This document shows, in pieces, positions 33,396-40,510 of a stretch of DNA of 55,913 bases (position 1 is the stretch's first letter; every line of letters begins with the position of its first letter). The position numbers and the translations under genes are program-made. The notes beneath the pieces were generated by a model. It did not search any database and had not been told where the DNA came from. It saw only the letters and a list, made by a program, of their open reading frames with translations. The stretch comes from a virus: the IMG/VR virus record IMGVR_UViG_3300035156_000072, positions 1 to 55,913 of that record; one strand, written 5' to 3'.

Positions 33396-33846
33396 GTATG
33401 TCAGGGTCAAGCGTCATCATCAGGCGATACCAAGCGTTGCGGTCGTTGTGCAGCCATGCGGCGAGCATGGCGAGTTCCCTACGCGTCGGCGGGCGGTCAG
33501 CCTTGGTGTTGTTACACGGGATGCAGGCCAGCAATATATTAGCGTCATTGGTGCCGCCTAGAGCGCGCGGTACAACGTGTTCCTTGGTCACATACCGGTC
33601 GCGGTGAAACAAGGCGGCGCACATGTAGCAATGGCCGTTCTGGAACGTCCAAAGGTCGCGTATCATGCTGTTGGGTATCAAACCGGTGATGTGCGAGTGC
33701 GGGTGGTAATATCCCTTTTCTATGCGCTTTGCGTATTTGCGCCGTGTGGCGAGAGCATCAGCGACGGACCCGGCGCGTATGGTCGCCGCTTGCCTGCGTC
33801 GCAAGCGTGTCAGTTCGCGTATCTCTCGCCACGTTGGTTCTGTCAC
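33385..33846 (-). CDS. HNH endonuclease
   Basis: GHCYMCAALF...EHVVPRALGGTNDANILLACIPCNNTK is an HNH motif. The start is taken at a GTG overlapping the upstream TGA (GTGA); ATG 33903 is an alternative. The stop lies within the 5' part of the tmRNA gene. Confidence 0.8.
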   Translation of the reverse strand: MTEPTWREIRELTRLRRRQAATIRAGSVADALATRRKYAKRIEKGYYHPHSHITGLIPNSMIRDLWTFQNGHCYMCAALFHRDRYVTKEHVVPRALGGTNDANILLACIPCNNTKADRPPTRRELAMLAAWLHNDRNAWYRLMMTLDPDIPPG

Positions 33847-34187
33847 GTCAGAGGGCGACCGCTTGCCGCGCACGGGCCATAGTGACCAAATGAGCGGGTG
33901 CAATCACGATGCGCCGGGCAACACAGGGTGCGCGGTACATATTCGACCGCTTCGCGCGTATACTCGCGGTCAAGCCGCTGCGCGTTGTCCAACATGGCGC
34001 GGATGTTCGCACGCTGTGACCGGCGAACCGTCACGACCTGACCATTGGCAAGGCGCACCTGTATGCTGGCGATGCGACCGGCGGCGACGGCTTGACACCA
34101 TGGGCGCAATATCTGGTTGTCAACGCCAACGCTGCGCCACCTGTCGGACGGGTCATGTCGCCATGTGCGCGGGTGGTGGTAGCTCAT
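33843..34187 (-). CDS. hypothetical protein (114 aa)
   Basis: ORF in a coupled operon, with ATGA overlap to the exonuclease gene. Confidence 0.55.
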   Translation of the reverse strand: MSYHHPRTWRHDPSDRWRSVGVDNQILRPWCQAVAAGRIASIQVRLANGQVVTVRRSQRANIRAMLDNAQRLDREYTREAVEYVPRTLCCPAHRDCTRSFGHYGPCAASGRPLT

Positions 34188-35137
34188 GACGCGAAGGCGG
34201 AAACGATGCGGTCAAGCACGTTGATTTGGTGTTGCCAATAGCCGGGGTCATCATGATCCACCCCGGCGGGTTCCGCGTTGTCGCGCATTGCGTTTAACGC
34301 CGCCCGAAAATTATCCGCGTGCGTTATTACATCCTGCATCGCTTCGACTTGTTGGGTAAGCCCTGCACTGTCGGCGGTGATTTTTACGCTAACCTCGCCA
34401 ATGCGCCGCGCGTCTCGCCATCCTCTGACGATGCCGTGAGCGTGGCATACGGCGCGGGCTTGGGTCACGGCGTCATCTAGGGCGTTGTGGAAGGTGCCGC
34501 CGGTCTTGAACGCCTCTAGGCAGGTTGCGGGGTCCATACCCGCCATGTCGAAGGCGGTTCGGGTGTCGCGCGGGCTGCGGTAGTGCCACGGGACGATTGC
34601 GGGGCGCGTGTCGATAATGCACTGACCGGTTTGGTCGAAAAGCATTTTGTAAGCGTGGCGCAACATTGGTTCATCCATGTTTTCACCATGGCACCATATG
34701 CGCAATCGACCGCTCATGCCGTGGCAAAGGTTGTCTAACCATTCCGCAAACCGGCGCAGACCTATGGCGAGGTCAACGCGGTCAGTCTCAAGCTGTGCGG
34801 CTGCGTCGGCGCGGTCAGGGTGTGACCACCATTCGACAGTTTGCGGGTCGCGGGTCAATGAGTATTTGTAGCAGAGTTGCGACGCCGGGTCCGCATGCGG
34901 GTAATTGGCGTCATGTGACCAACTGTCGGTCGTGTCGTCATAGTGCAACGCGTCGTCATACGGCACGCTTGGGTTCTCTACATTCTGGTAGAACAAACCG
35001 TGTGCGCTTTCGCCCTCGCGATCCCATACACGCCCGGTCATAGGGTCAAATACCACCGCGCCAATGCTGCGAATGTCGCGGCCCGGATCGGTGCCCCATG
35101 TTTCGAGGTCAAGCATGATGTGTACGGGGTCAGTCAT
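34184..35137 (-). CDS. DEDD-type 3'-5' exonuclease (DnaQ/RNase T-like)
   Basis: The start is taken at internal ATG 35137 (ATGA overlap). Exo I is IMLDLETWG and Exo III is FHNALDDAVTQA. Confidence 0.7.
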   Translation of the reverse strand: MTDPVHIMLDLETWGTDPGRDIRSIGAVVFDPMTGRVWDREGESAHGLFYQNVENPSVPYDDALHYDDTTDSWSHDANYPHADPASQLCYKYSLTRDPQTVEWWSHPDRADAAAQLETDRVDLAIGLRRFAEWLDNLCHGMSGRLRIWCHGENMDEPMLRHAYKMLFDQTGQCIIDTRPAIVPWHYRSPRDTRTAFDMAGMDPATCLEAFKTGGTFHNALDDAVTQARAVCHAHGIVRGWRDARRIGEVSVKITADSAGLTQQVEAMQDVITHADNFRAALNAMRDNAEPAGVDHDDPGYWQHQINVLDRIVSAFAS

Positions 35138-35415
35138 AAGTGTATCCCTCTGCGAAAAGCGGTGACGCTGCCCCAAGCGACATTTGAAAACGTGTGACCG
35201 GCGACCTTTGAGCCGCCGTGAAACATGACGGTGTATTGATCACCGTGTGTCATGCCGTGGGGTGGTTTTCCATAGGGCCAATCACAGCGTCGGCAATCGC
35301 TACGGAATATCCAACCATCGCGGTCAGGGTGCGGCGGTTGCGGGCGCGAGTTGCGGACCATTTCTAGGCCCTGCTTGCACAGCGCCTCTAGTTCCTTAGC
35401 CTGTGCCGGTGTCAT
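35134..35415 (-). CDS. hypothetical protein (93 aa)
   Basis: The start is taken at ATG 35415 (MTPAQAKELE...), which overlaps the upstream TGA. Confidence 0.5.
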   Translation of the reverse strand: MTPAQAKELEALCKQGLEMVRNSRPQPPHPDRDGWIFRSDCRRCDWPYGKPPHGMTHGDQYTVMFHGGSKVAGHTFSNVAWGSVTAFRRGIHL

Positions 35416-35642
35416 AGCGTGCGGCTCCAATACCAAAGCGCCAAGCGGAGGCGGGCGCGGTTAATCCAACCGGGGCGACGACTTGTGCCGTTGCGACCGG
35501 TGATGCTGTACGTGTCACGGTTGACCCATACATGCAGGGCAGGAAAATACACGGTGTCATCATCCGCATCGTGCGAGCCGGGCGCACCCTTGCTGATGTG
35601 CACGATGATTTGCGACACGGTGGGTGTGCGGGTGTGTGTCAT
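35412..35642 (-). CDS. hypothetical protein (76 aa)
   Basis: This is the C-terminal part of track ORF 35412..35780. The start is taken at ATG 35642 (MTHTRTPTVSQ...), which overlaps the upstream TGA. The longer version would overlap the upstream gene. Confidence 0.45.
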   Translation of the reverse strand: MTHTRTPTVSQIIVHISKGAPGSHDADDDTVYFPALHVWVNRDTYSITGRNGTSRRPGWINRARLRLALWYWSRTL

Positions 35643-36127
35643 ACGGTGCGCTTGTAGCTGAACGTGTAACCTTTGACAGACGGTACGCGACCGCGCAAGT
35701 GCTGCGATATCTGCGATTGTTTGATACCTAGCGCCTCTGCGGCGTGGGTCTGCGTTTCGTATGTCACGCCGTTGCTGCATGTGATGCTGCGACCGGCTGC
35801 GGCGTCATGCCCGTGCATGTTGCAAGGTGGTTTAGGTTCCTGCGCCATCATGTGCCGAAACGCCTCATTGCGGCAATCCAGCTTTTCGCCGGTCTGCACA
35901 ATCTTAAGGTAAATGTAAGAGCTTGGCTTGGTGATGCTGTGCCAATGCGTGTTGCGGTTCAGGTCCAATAGGAGCGTAACGTCACGCAGGGCGGCGGCGT
36001 TGATGTACACCAGCGTTGCGGCGTCCTTGTCGGGGTCATGTAGCCATACCTCATACACGCACCATTGCGCCGGGAGCTTGTGCGCGAGGTCCAAGATGGT
36101 GCAGGCGGTTTGGGGCGTGAGTGTCAT
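35639..36127 (-). CDS. putative DNA-binding protein (NUMOD1-like C-terminal HTH; possible degenerate GIY-YIG N-terminus)
   Basis: ITCSNGVTYETQTHAAEALGIKQSQISQHLRGRVPSVKGYTFSY resembles NUMOD1-type HTH modules. Confidence 0.45.
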   Translation of the reverse strand: MTLTPQTACTILDLAHKLPAQWCVYEVWLHDPDKDAATLVYINAAALRDVTLLLDLNRNTHWHSITKPSSYIYLKIVQTGEKLDCRNEAFRHMMAQEPKPPCNMHGHDAAAGRSITCSNGVTYETQTHAAEALGIKQSQISQHLRGRVPSVKGYTFSYKRTV

Positions 36128-36420
36128 TGCTTGGCTATCTCTGCTTCAATCGCTGCGACCTGCAACGGTGTTGCGATAATCGTTGGTACGCGGGTTATCG
36201 GGTCGATAAAATGCAGCGCGTCGGACGGTTCACGATAGAACCACACGTAACGCGGCGGGTGCGCACGCTTAAAGTTGCGTCGGGTGCCTTTGCGACCCTT
36301 CGCTTTGCTTGGTACGCGCCATCTGCACCACGGGCCGCGCACGTCACGCGGTGTGCGCGCTTGCTGTTCGGCGGTGCGTATCAGTATGCGAACGCCACCT
36401 AGCGAGCCGGTGAGTGTCAT
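36124..36420 (-). CDS. hypothetical protein (98 aa), basic
   Basis: The start is taken at internal ATG 36420 (MTLTGSLGG...), which overlaps the upstream TGA. The junction sequence is duplicated at 36117..36134. Confidence 0.5.
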   Translation of the reverse strand: MTLTGSLGGVRILIRTAEQQARTPRDVRGPWCRWRVPSKAKGRKGTRRNFKRAHPPRYVWFYREPSDALHFIDPITRVPTIIATPLQVAAIEAEIAKQ

Positions 36421-36578
36421 TGCTTGGTATTCCTGTAGCCTTGTGTTGCTTCTTGCTGCGACCAACCATCGCGCATTCGCTCAACGATTTTGCGTTCTCT
36501 TTGGGTGCGGCACTTTCCGCATTTGCCGTCGTAACCGGACGCTTTGCCGCGACCGCATTTGCACGTCTTGCCTGCCAT
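36417..36578 (-). CDS. small Cys-rich (zinc-ribbon-like) protein (53 aa)
   Basis: MAGKTCKCGRGKASGYDGKCGKCRTQRERKIVERMRDGW... Below the ORF-track cutoff. The stop overlaps the next ATG (ATGA). Confidence 0.4.
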   Translation of the reverse strand: MAGKTCKCGRGKASGYDGKCGKCRTQRERKIVERMRDGWSQQEATQGYRNTKQ

Positions 36579-36589
36579 CGGGTGCAGCG

Positions 36590-36820
36590 TCACGACGTGG
36601 GCTCCGATATCAGATGATAGACGCCGGGCGAGCTAAGGTGACCACGGCGCACAAACCCTAGGCAGTCGATACGGTATCCAAGCGTGCGCAACATGCTGAC
36701 TTGGACGCGGAATGAGTAGCGGTTGCCCGCTGTGCCCGGCGGAAATGGCCCATGCGTCGGTACAGGCGCGTTGCGCAGCGCTGCGATGATAGCAGCTTGA
36801 GCGAGCGTCAGCCGGGTCAC
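36590..36820 (-). CDS. hypothetical protein (76 aa)
   Basis: ORF in a coupled operon, with ATGA overlap to the upstream gene. Confidence 0.5.
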   Translation of the reverse strand: MTRLTLAQAAIIAALRNAPVPTHGPFPPGTAGNRYSFRVQVSMLRTLGYRIDCLGFVRRGHLSSPGVYHLISEPTS

Positions 36821-37032
36821 GTCCTAGCCCTCCATAGCAGGGGGCCGGTGCCGCTGGTGATACCGGAGCGGCGACAGGTGACCTTGCCGCCTAGCTCAAG
36901 CTTTTGCAGGGCGCGGCGTGCGGTGCTTTCGGACAGGTCGCAGGCGGCGGCTATCTCTGCGCTGCTGTGCCAATCCAGCGGGCTTGTACGCAGACGTGCG
37001 AGGACGTCACGGGTTGCGGGTGTGTGTTTCAT
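36817..37032 (-). CDS. winged-helix (MarR/ArsR-like) DNA-binding protein
   Basis: The start is taken at internal ATG 37032 (ATGA overlap). VLARLRTSPLDWHSSAEIAAACDLSESTARRALQKLELGGKV fits a winged-helix pattern. Confidence 0.45.
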   Translation of the reverse strand: MKHTPATRDVLARLRTSPLDWHSSAEIAAACDLSESTARRALQKLELGGKVTCRRSGITSGTGPLLWRART

Positions 37033-37247
37033 TTGCGGTGTGCCTTCCTTGTCACCTTGCGAGCGATGCGTTGGGCTTTGCGCTTGTTGCGCTTGAGACG
37101 TTGTTGCTTGGTGGGTCGCGGCGTTTGTTCCATGGCGTCCGCTATAATCCATTTCATAGCGTTACCGCTGAACGTGATTACGTCGCCCGGCTTAAATTCC
37201 CCCACGGGTGCGCTGCTGCCTGTCAGGTGTATGACGAATTCACCCAC
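37029..37247 (-). CDS. hypothetical protein (72 aa) with Lys/Arg-rich C-terminal tail
   Basis: The ORF ends ...QQRLKRNKRKAQRIARKVTRKAHRK. Confidence 0.5.
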   Translation of the reverse strand: MGEFVIHLTGSSAPVGEFKPGDVITFSGNAMKWIIADAMEQTPRPTKQQRLKRNKRKAQRIARKVTRKAHRK

Positions 37248-37539
37248 TTGCGGCGCCCTGTGGGGCGGGCAGGCTGTAGGTGAAGGGGTGACCCGGTTTG
37301 CGCGGCTGGTATTCGATCACGCGCGCTTCCAGTGCGAGCGAGAGCAACAGGGCGCGCACCTGTGCCGGTGTCAGGTCAACGGCTGCGGCGACCGCTTGGC
37401 AGGTACGGTGCGCCTTATGGGACGGGCGACCGTTGCGACGTGTGGCGCGGGCCATGCGGTCTAGGTAGTGCAGCACGTCGGCGCGTGTGTCGCGGTGTGC
37501 GCCATGCGGGCTGGATGTGTCGCGGGGTGTGGTTGTCAT
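37240..37539 (-). CDS. hypothetical protein, possible winged-helix
   Basis: 99 aa. AVAAAVDLTPAQVRALLLSLALEARVIEY suggests a winged-helix fold. Confidence 0.45.
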   Translation of the reverse strand: MTTTPRDTSSPHGAHRDTRADVLHYLDRMARATRRNGRPSHKAHRTCQAVAAAVDLTPAQVRALLLSLALEARVIEYQPRKPGHPFTYSLPAPQGAASG

Positions 37540-37799
37540 GTGTCGTCGTCCTCTGCGCAGTCATTGCACCGGCAATTGTCGTTCAGGTCGCACGGGTTGT
37601 GCCACCAGCCGCAACACGTGCATTCCATGGCGGTGTTGTCGAGTGCGTTGCAAAAGTCGCTGTTGGTGTCCGCACCCTCTGGTAGCTCCAATTGCTCAAG
37701 AGCGCCGTACAAGGTGGTGCACGTACCGTTGACGAATTCGCCAACCTCGCGACCGGCTGCTTGCCATTCATCGGGTGTGTCGGGTGCAGGTCGGGTCAT
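37536..37799 (-). CDS. acidic Cys-rich protein (87 aa)
   Basis: ECTCCGWWHNPCDLNDNCRCNDCAEDDDT. This is the first gene after the promoter at 37800..37846 and has almost no leader. Confidence 0.55.
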   Translation of the reverse strand: MTRPAPDTPDEWQAAGREVGEFVNGTCTTLYGALEQLELPEGADTNSDFCNALDNTAMECTCCGWWHNPCDLNDNCRCNDCAEDDDT

Positions 37800-37846
37800 C
37801 GGGTGACCATGGGCGGTGTTAGCCGGGTGGTCAAGCGATTATTATG
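37800..37846 (-). promoter_or_regulatory. promoter (TTGACC variant) giving a near-leaderless transcript
   Basis: Minus strand reads ATAATAATCGCTTGACC-N17-CATGGT-cacccg-ATG. Confidence 0.4.
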
Positions 37847-37954
37847 GGCGGGGTATTGGGTTTATAAAAGCGGCTCATTTATAACGTGTGCTGCAATTTG
37901 TTGCGGTGTGGGTCGGGGCGACGCGGGGTGTTACGTTTTAGCAATTGCTGCGTT

Positions 37955-38155
37955 AATTACATAATTTGGCGTTAAATTATAGTAATTTCCAAAGTGAGAC
38001 GTTCTATACAGGATGATTTTTATTATTATAAATAGTTTAAGAATATAAAAAGAATAAGTTATTATATAAAGTATATTAGACTTCCTCGGTGTATAGGAAA
38101 CCACCCTAGTTTCAACTTTATGTAATTGTGTAATTACAGCGCCATAATTGCTATA
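37955..38155. other. A+T-rich non-coding island (candidate origin or regulatory region)
   Basis: Hand count gives 28 G+C in 120 nt (37981..38100), about 23%, against G+C-rich flanks. There is no ORF on either strand. GTAATT/TAATTA motifs recur, along with palindromes AGCAATTGCT and TGTAATTACA. Confidence 0.6.
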
Positions 38156-38188
38156 AACGCAAAACGCCGTCCCTGTGTGGAACGGCGC
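38155..38188 (-). terminator. intrinsic terminator after 38222..38458
   Basis: Minus strand reads CGCCGTTCC-acaca-GGGACGGCG followed by TTTTGCGTTTAT. Confidence 0.7.
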
Positions 38189-38221
38189 TGCGGAGCGGGT
38201 CAGTAATTTATGGGCTGGTAA

Positions 38222-38458
38222 TTATGCGGCACGCAGCACAGTGATTGTAGCACCTTTCCAGTAAGCGCCTTCGATGCGGATGAAACCCTTAGCGGCAAGT
38301 CCGCGCAACGCTGTGCTTTTGAAAATGCCAACCGACGCAGCGACCGCAGCCTGTGCAACGTTGGCGGTGTATTCGCTGGTGAGAACCTGCACCGCCTGTC
38401 CGACATACTGCGACAGAGTGATCATGGCGTCAGCTTGGTTGTCGGTCAGGTTTGTCAT
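38222..38458 (-). CDS. hypothetical protein (78 aa), possible winged-helix
   Basis: The ATG abuts type-A cassette copy 3. This is a monocistronic unit ending in a terminator. Confidence 0.55.
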   Translation of the reverse strand: MTNLTDNQADAMITLSQYVGQAVQVLTSEYTANVAQAAVAASVGIFKSTALRGLAAKGFIRIEGAYWKGATITVLRAA

Positions 38459-38542
38459 GGTCTTGATCCCTAAAGCGCGTCAGCGGTGTGCTGCGTTGAA
38501 ACCGTTGTCACACATGCAACGAACCGATGCAAGAGTTATTTT
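38456..38542 (-). promoter_or_regulatory. promoter-leader cassette, type A copy 3 (diverged)
   Basis: Same 87-nt length as copies 1 and 2, with about 14 substitutions. The stop codon of the upstream gene lies inside AAAATAA. Confidence 0.6.
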
Positions 38543-38805
38543 GTAAGATAAGCCAACAACGCAGCGCGGTTCGCCTCGTTGAGCATGATTGTAACGCCGC
38601 GTTCCATTTCGTTACCACCGGCACCGCACCAATGCTCAACCACGTCCAATCGCAGCCATGGCGACGGGTTCAACGGTAGGTCGCCCTTGTAATCGGTGGC
38701 GGTCACGCACAGCGTCGTTGCGGACCCGTTTTTATGGCCGCGCACCTGCGGTACATCGTCAACGATGACAAGAGCGCCACGGCGGTTGGTGGTGGCGCGT
38801 ATCAC
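38536..38805 (-). CDS. hypothetical protein (89 aa)
   Basis: ORF in a coupled operon. Confidence 0.55.
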   Translation of the reverse strand: MIRATTNRRGALVIVDDVPQVRGHKNGSATTLCVTATDYKGDLPLNPSPWLRLDVVEHWCGAGGNEMERGVTIMLNEANRAALLAYLTK

Positions 38806-39140
38806 AGGCCCGGCACGATAGCGCCACCGCCTCTGATCATCTGTACGCCGTGCGTATCAGGCCCGCGATAAGCGAGCGCTGCGGTGCGTTGGTCAGGCGT
38901 CATTGTCACCATAAAACCGGTCATTGCGCGTGACACTGCCCTAGCCTCTGCGGCGTTGAGTTGGCGAGGCATCATCACACCCGACATACGCAGCCGCGCC
39001 GGGCTGGTGACGCCTAGGGCGGCGCACGCAGCCGCGATACAGGCCCGTGCACAGCCATCAGCGGTTTGACCGGCGCTGCGCACCCGAACCGTCGTGCTGC
39101 GCCCTGTGGCGGTGTCTGTGAAGGTTAGAGCGTATGTCAT
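38802..39140 (-). CDS. hypothetical protein (112 aa)
   Basis: ORF with 4-nt overlaps on both sides. Confidence 0.55.
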   Translation of the reverse strand: MTYALTFTDTATGRSTTVRVRSAGQTADGCARACIAAACAALGVTSPARLRMSGVMMPRQLNAAEARAVSRAMTGFMVTMTPDQRTAALAYRGPDTHGVQMIRGGGAIVPGL

Positions 39141-39394
39141 TTGTCCACATCAAAGGGTGCGTTGGTGGCGGTTGTGCGAGACATGAGACGACCAAACTTT
39201 TTGTTGAGCAAACCCGTTCGCGTCAAGGGTAAGTCGGGCCAATCAAGCGGTGCGTTGAACCACTTGAGTGCGCTTTCCTCCGTGTAAAAACGCGCTTCGA
39301 CTAATACACCGTTGACGAGTTGGCGACAAAACCAGCGTTTAACCGGTTTGTTCCACCAAGGGTGTTCAACGCCTCGCGTGCGAGCTACGGCCAT
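39137..39394 (-). CDS. hypothetical protein (85 aa)
   Basis: ORF in a coupled operon. Confidence 0.55.
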   Translation of the reverse strand: MAVARTRGVEHPWWNKPVKRWFCRQLVNGVLVEARFYTEESALKWFNAPLDWPDLPLTRTGLLNKKFGRLMSRTTATNAPFDVDK

Positions 39395-39642
39395 GCGACC
39401 ATTCTCCCTTTAGCCATGTTTGACAGTTGGCGCACAACAGTTGACGGCAACCCGTCCGCACGTAAGTCATATTCGCGGATTGTCGCGCCTGCACCAAGCG
39501 CCTGCAACGCCGCTACACGGTTTTTACCCTCTTTACGTGCGACGCACTCATAAACCCGGTACATCGTCGGGCTGATGCGTCGCACGTAACGGTGTGCAAC
39601 GCGGTCATGCCTGTAACCGGGTGCGCGGTATCGTTCTGTCAT
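39385..39642 (-). CDS. hypothetical protein (85 aa)
   Basis: The start is taken at internal ATG 39642 (MTERYRAPGY...), which overlaps the upstream TGA. Confidence 0.5.
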   Translation of the reverse strand: MTERYRAPGYRHDRVAHRYVRRISPTMYRVYECVARKEGKNRVAALQALGAGATIREYDLRADGLPSTVVRQLSNMAKGRMVAWP

Positions 39643-40001
39643 CGTAACGCCCCTGTCGCTATCACTTGCCCGTCGCATCGTACCTCATAGGCTGGAATGC
39701 GGTTGATGCGGTCAGGATCACCTAAATAACCCTCATCGTAACTAAACGTGCATGTTTCAATTGTGGATGTAGGCGAAACCTTCGCATCAGGACCGCTCGC
39801 ATATGGGTTCGTTGGCACAGGATATGTGACATGCGGTCCATAACGGCGCACGTCCGACCAAAACCGATCACGGCTCATGCGCCATGTCAGCTTCACTTTG
39901 TCATTACGCGTCAGCTTGCGATTGCGCCAATTGTCGCCAAAGAGCGATTGCATGGCTGCTGCGTAACGCTCGAACATTGCGTGAATGCTGAAATCTGTCA
40001 T
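39639..40001 (-). CDS. hypothetical protein (120 aa)
   Basis: The start is taken at internal ATG 40001 (MTDFSIHAMF...), which overlaps the stop of a 38-codon upstream ORF. Confidence 0.5.
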   Translation of the reverse strand: MTDFSIHAMFERYAAAMQSLFGDNWRNRKLTRNDKVKLTWRMSRDRFWSDVRRYGPHVTYPVPTNPYASGPDAKVSPTSTIETCTFSYDEGYLGDPDRINRIPAYEVRCDGQVIATGALR

Positions 40002-40114
40002 CTGCAACGCTCCATGCGCATCGCGCGCAACATGTGTTGAACCTGTTTGCGGTGACGACGCCACCAGCGACGGTTATAGATCAGCGCTTTGTCGAGTAGG
40101 TCGCGCCGGGTCAC
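39998..40114 (-). CDS. small basic ORF (38 aa)
   Basis: The GTG overlaps the upstream TGA (GTGA) and the stop overlaps the next ATG (ATGA). Reads VTRRDLLDKALIYNRRWWRRHRKQVQHMLRAMRMERCR. Below the track cutoff. Confidence 0.3.
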   Translation of the reverse strand: MTRRDLLDKALIYNRRWWRRHRKQVQHMLRAMRMERCR

Positions 40115-40377
40115 TTGGCAAGCTCCCAACGCATGATGCGTTCGTTACCAATCCAATATTCGGCGGAATACACCAACGCGCCTTGTTTGCGCTCATCATC
40201 GATTATGACCTTGCGCACCGCTTCGATTGCATCAGGTGTGCGAGAGCTTTTCATTTCGCAATGTGGTTCTAGAAAACCAATTGTGATGTTTTCGCCGTCG
40301 CGTTTAACGTGTCGGACTTTGAACGGTCGGGAATTGCCCGGTTCGCTGCACAAATCCATAATTGTTGCCATCTGCAT
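40111..40377 (-). CDS. hypothetical protein (88 aa), first gene of the leftward operon
   Basis: The ORF is preceded by SD TAGAGGG and a cassette-family promoter. Confidence 0.55.
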   Translation of the reverse strand: MQMATIMDLCSEPGNSRPFKVRHVKRDGENITIGFLEPHCEMKSSRTPDAIEAVRKVIIDDERKQGALVYSAEYWIGNERIMRWELAK

Positions 40378-40449
40378 AACCCTCTAGGTTGCGGCTGTAA
40401 TTGTCACCCCGTGTAACCATGCGCAACGGTTGATGCAACTGTTAATTTT
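40378..40449 (-). promoter_or_regulatory. promoter (cassette-family variant)
   Basis: Minus strand reads AAAATTAACAGTTGCAT-CAACCGTTGCGCATGGT-TACACG...TAGAGGGTT-ATG. Confidence 0.5.
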
Positions 40450-40510
40450 CCCCGGTCGGATAAGACGCTAGATATGGACGCGACATGGTGCGAGCGACTA
40501 TATCTAGGGC

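Noticed and set aside
32955-33607. Plus-strand track ORFs across the tmRNA region (32955..33542, 33077..33262, 33304..33561, 33398..33607).
   Set aside because: They overlap a structured RNA gene and the HNH gene on the other strand. They have Arg/Cys/Ala-rich junk-like composition and no RBS.
35396-35780. The full-length track ORFs 35412..35780 and 35396..35587.
   Set aside because: The N-terminal 46 codons of 35412..35780 overlap the upstream gene and are Arg-rich. An ATG at 35642 overlaps the upstream TGA and gives a sensible 76-aa product. ORF 35396..35587 is out of frame with this.
38012-38047. An 11-codon ORF (MIFIIINSLRI) inside the A+T-rich island.
   Set aside because: It is too short, has no RBS, and is a chance product of A/T-rich sequence.
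30287-38542. The repeated 87-nt elements could be a CRISPR-like array.
   Set aside because: The copies are kilobases apart. Each ends exactly at a start codon with an SD and contains a -35-like box. No cas genes are present. They are promoter-leader cassettes.
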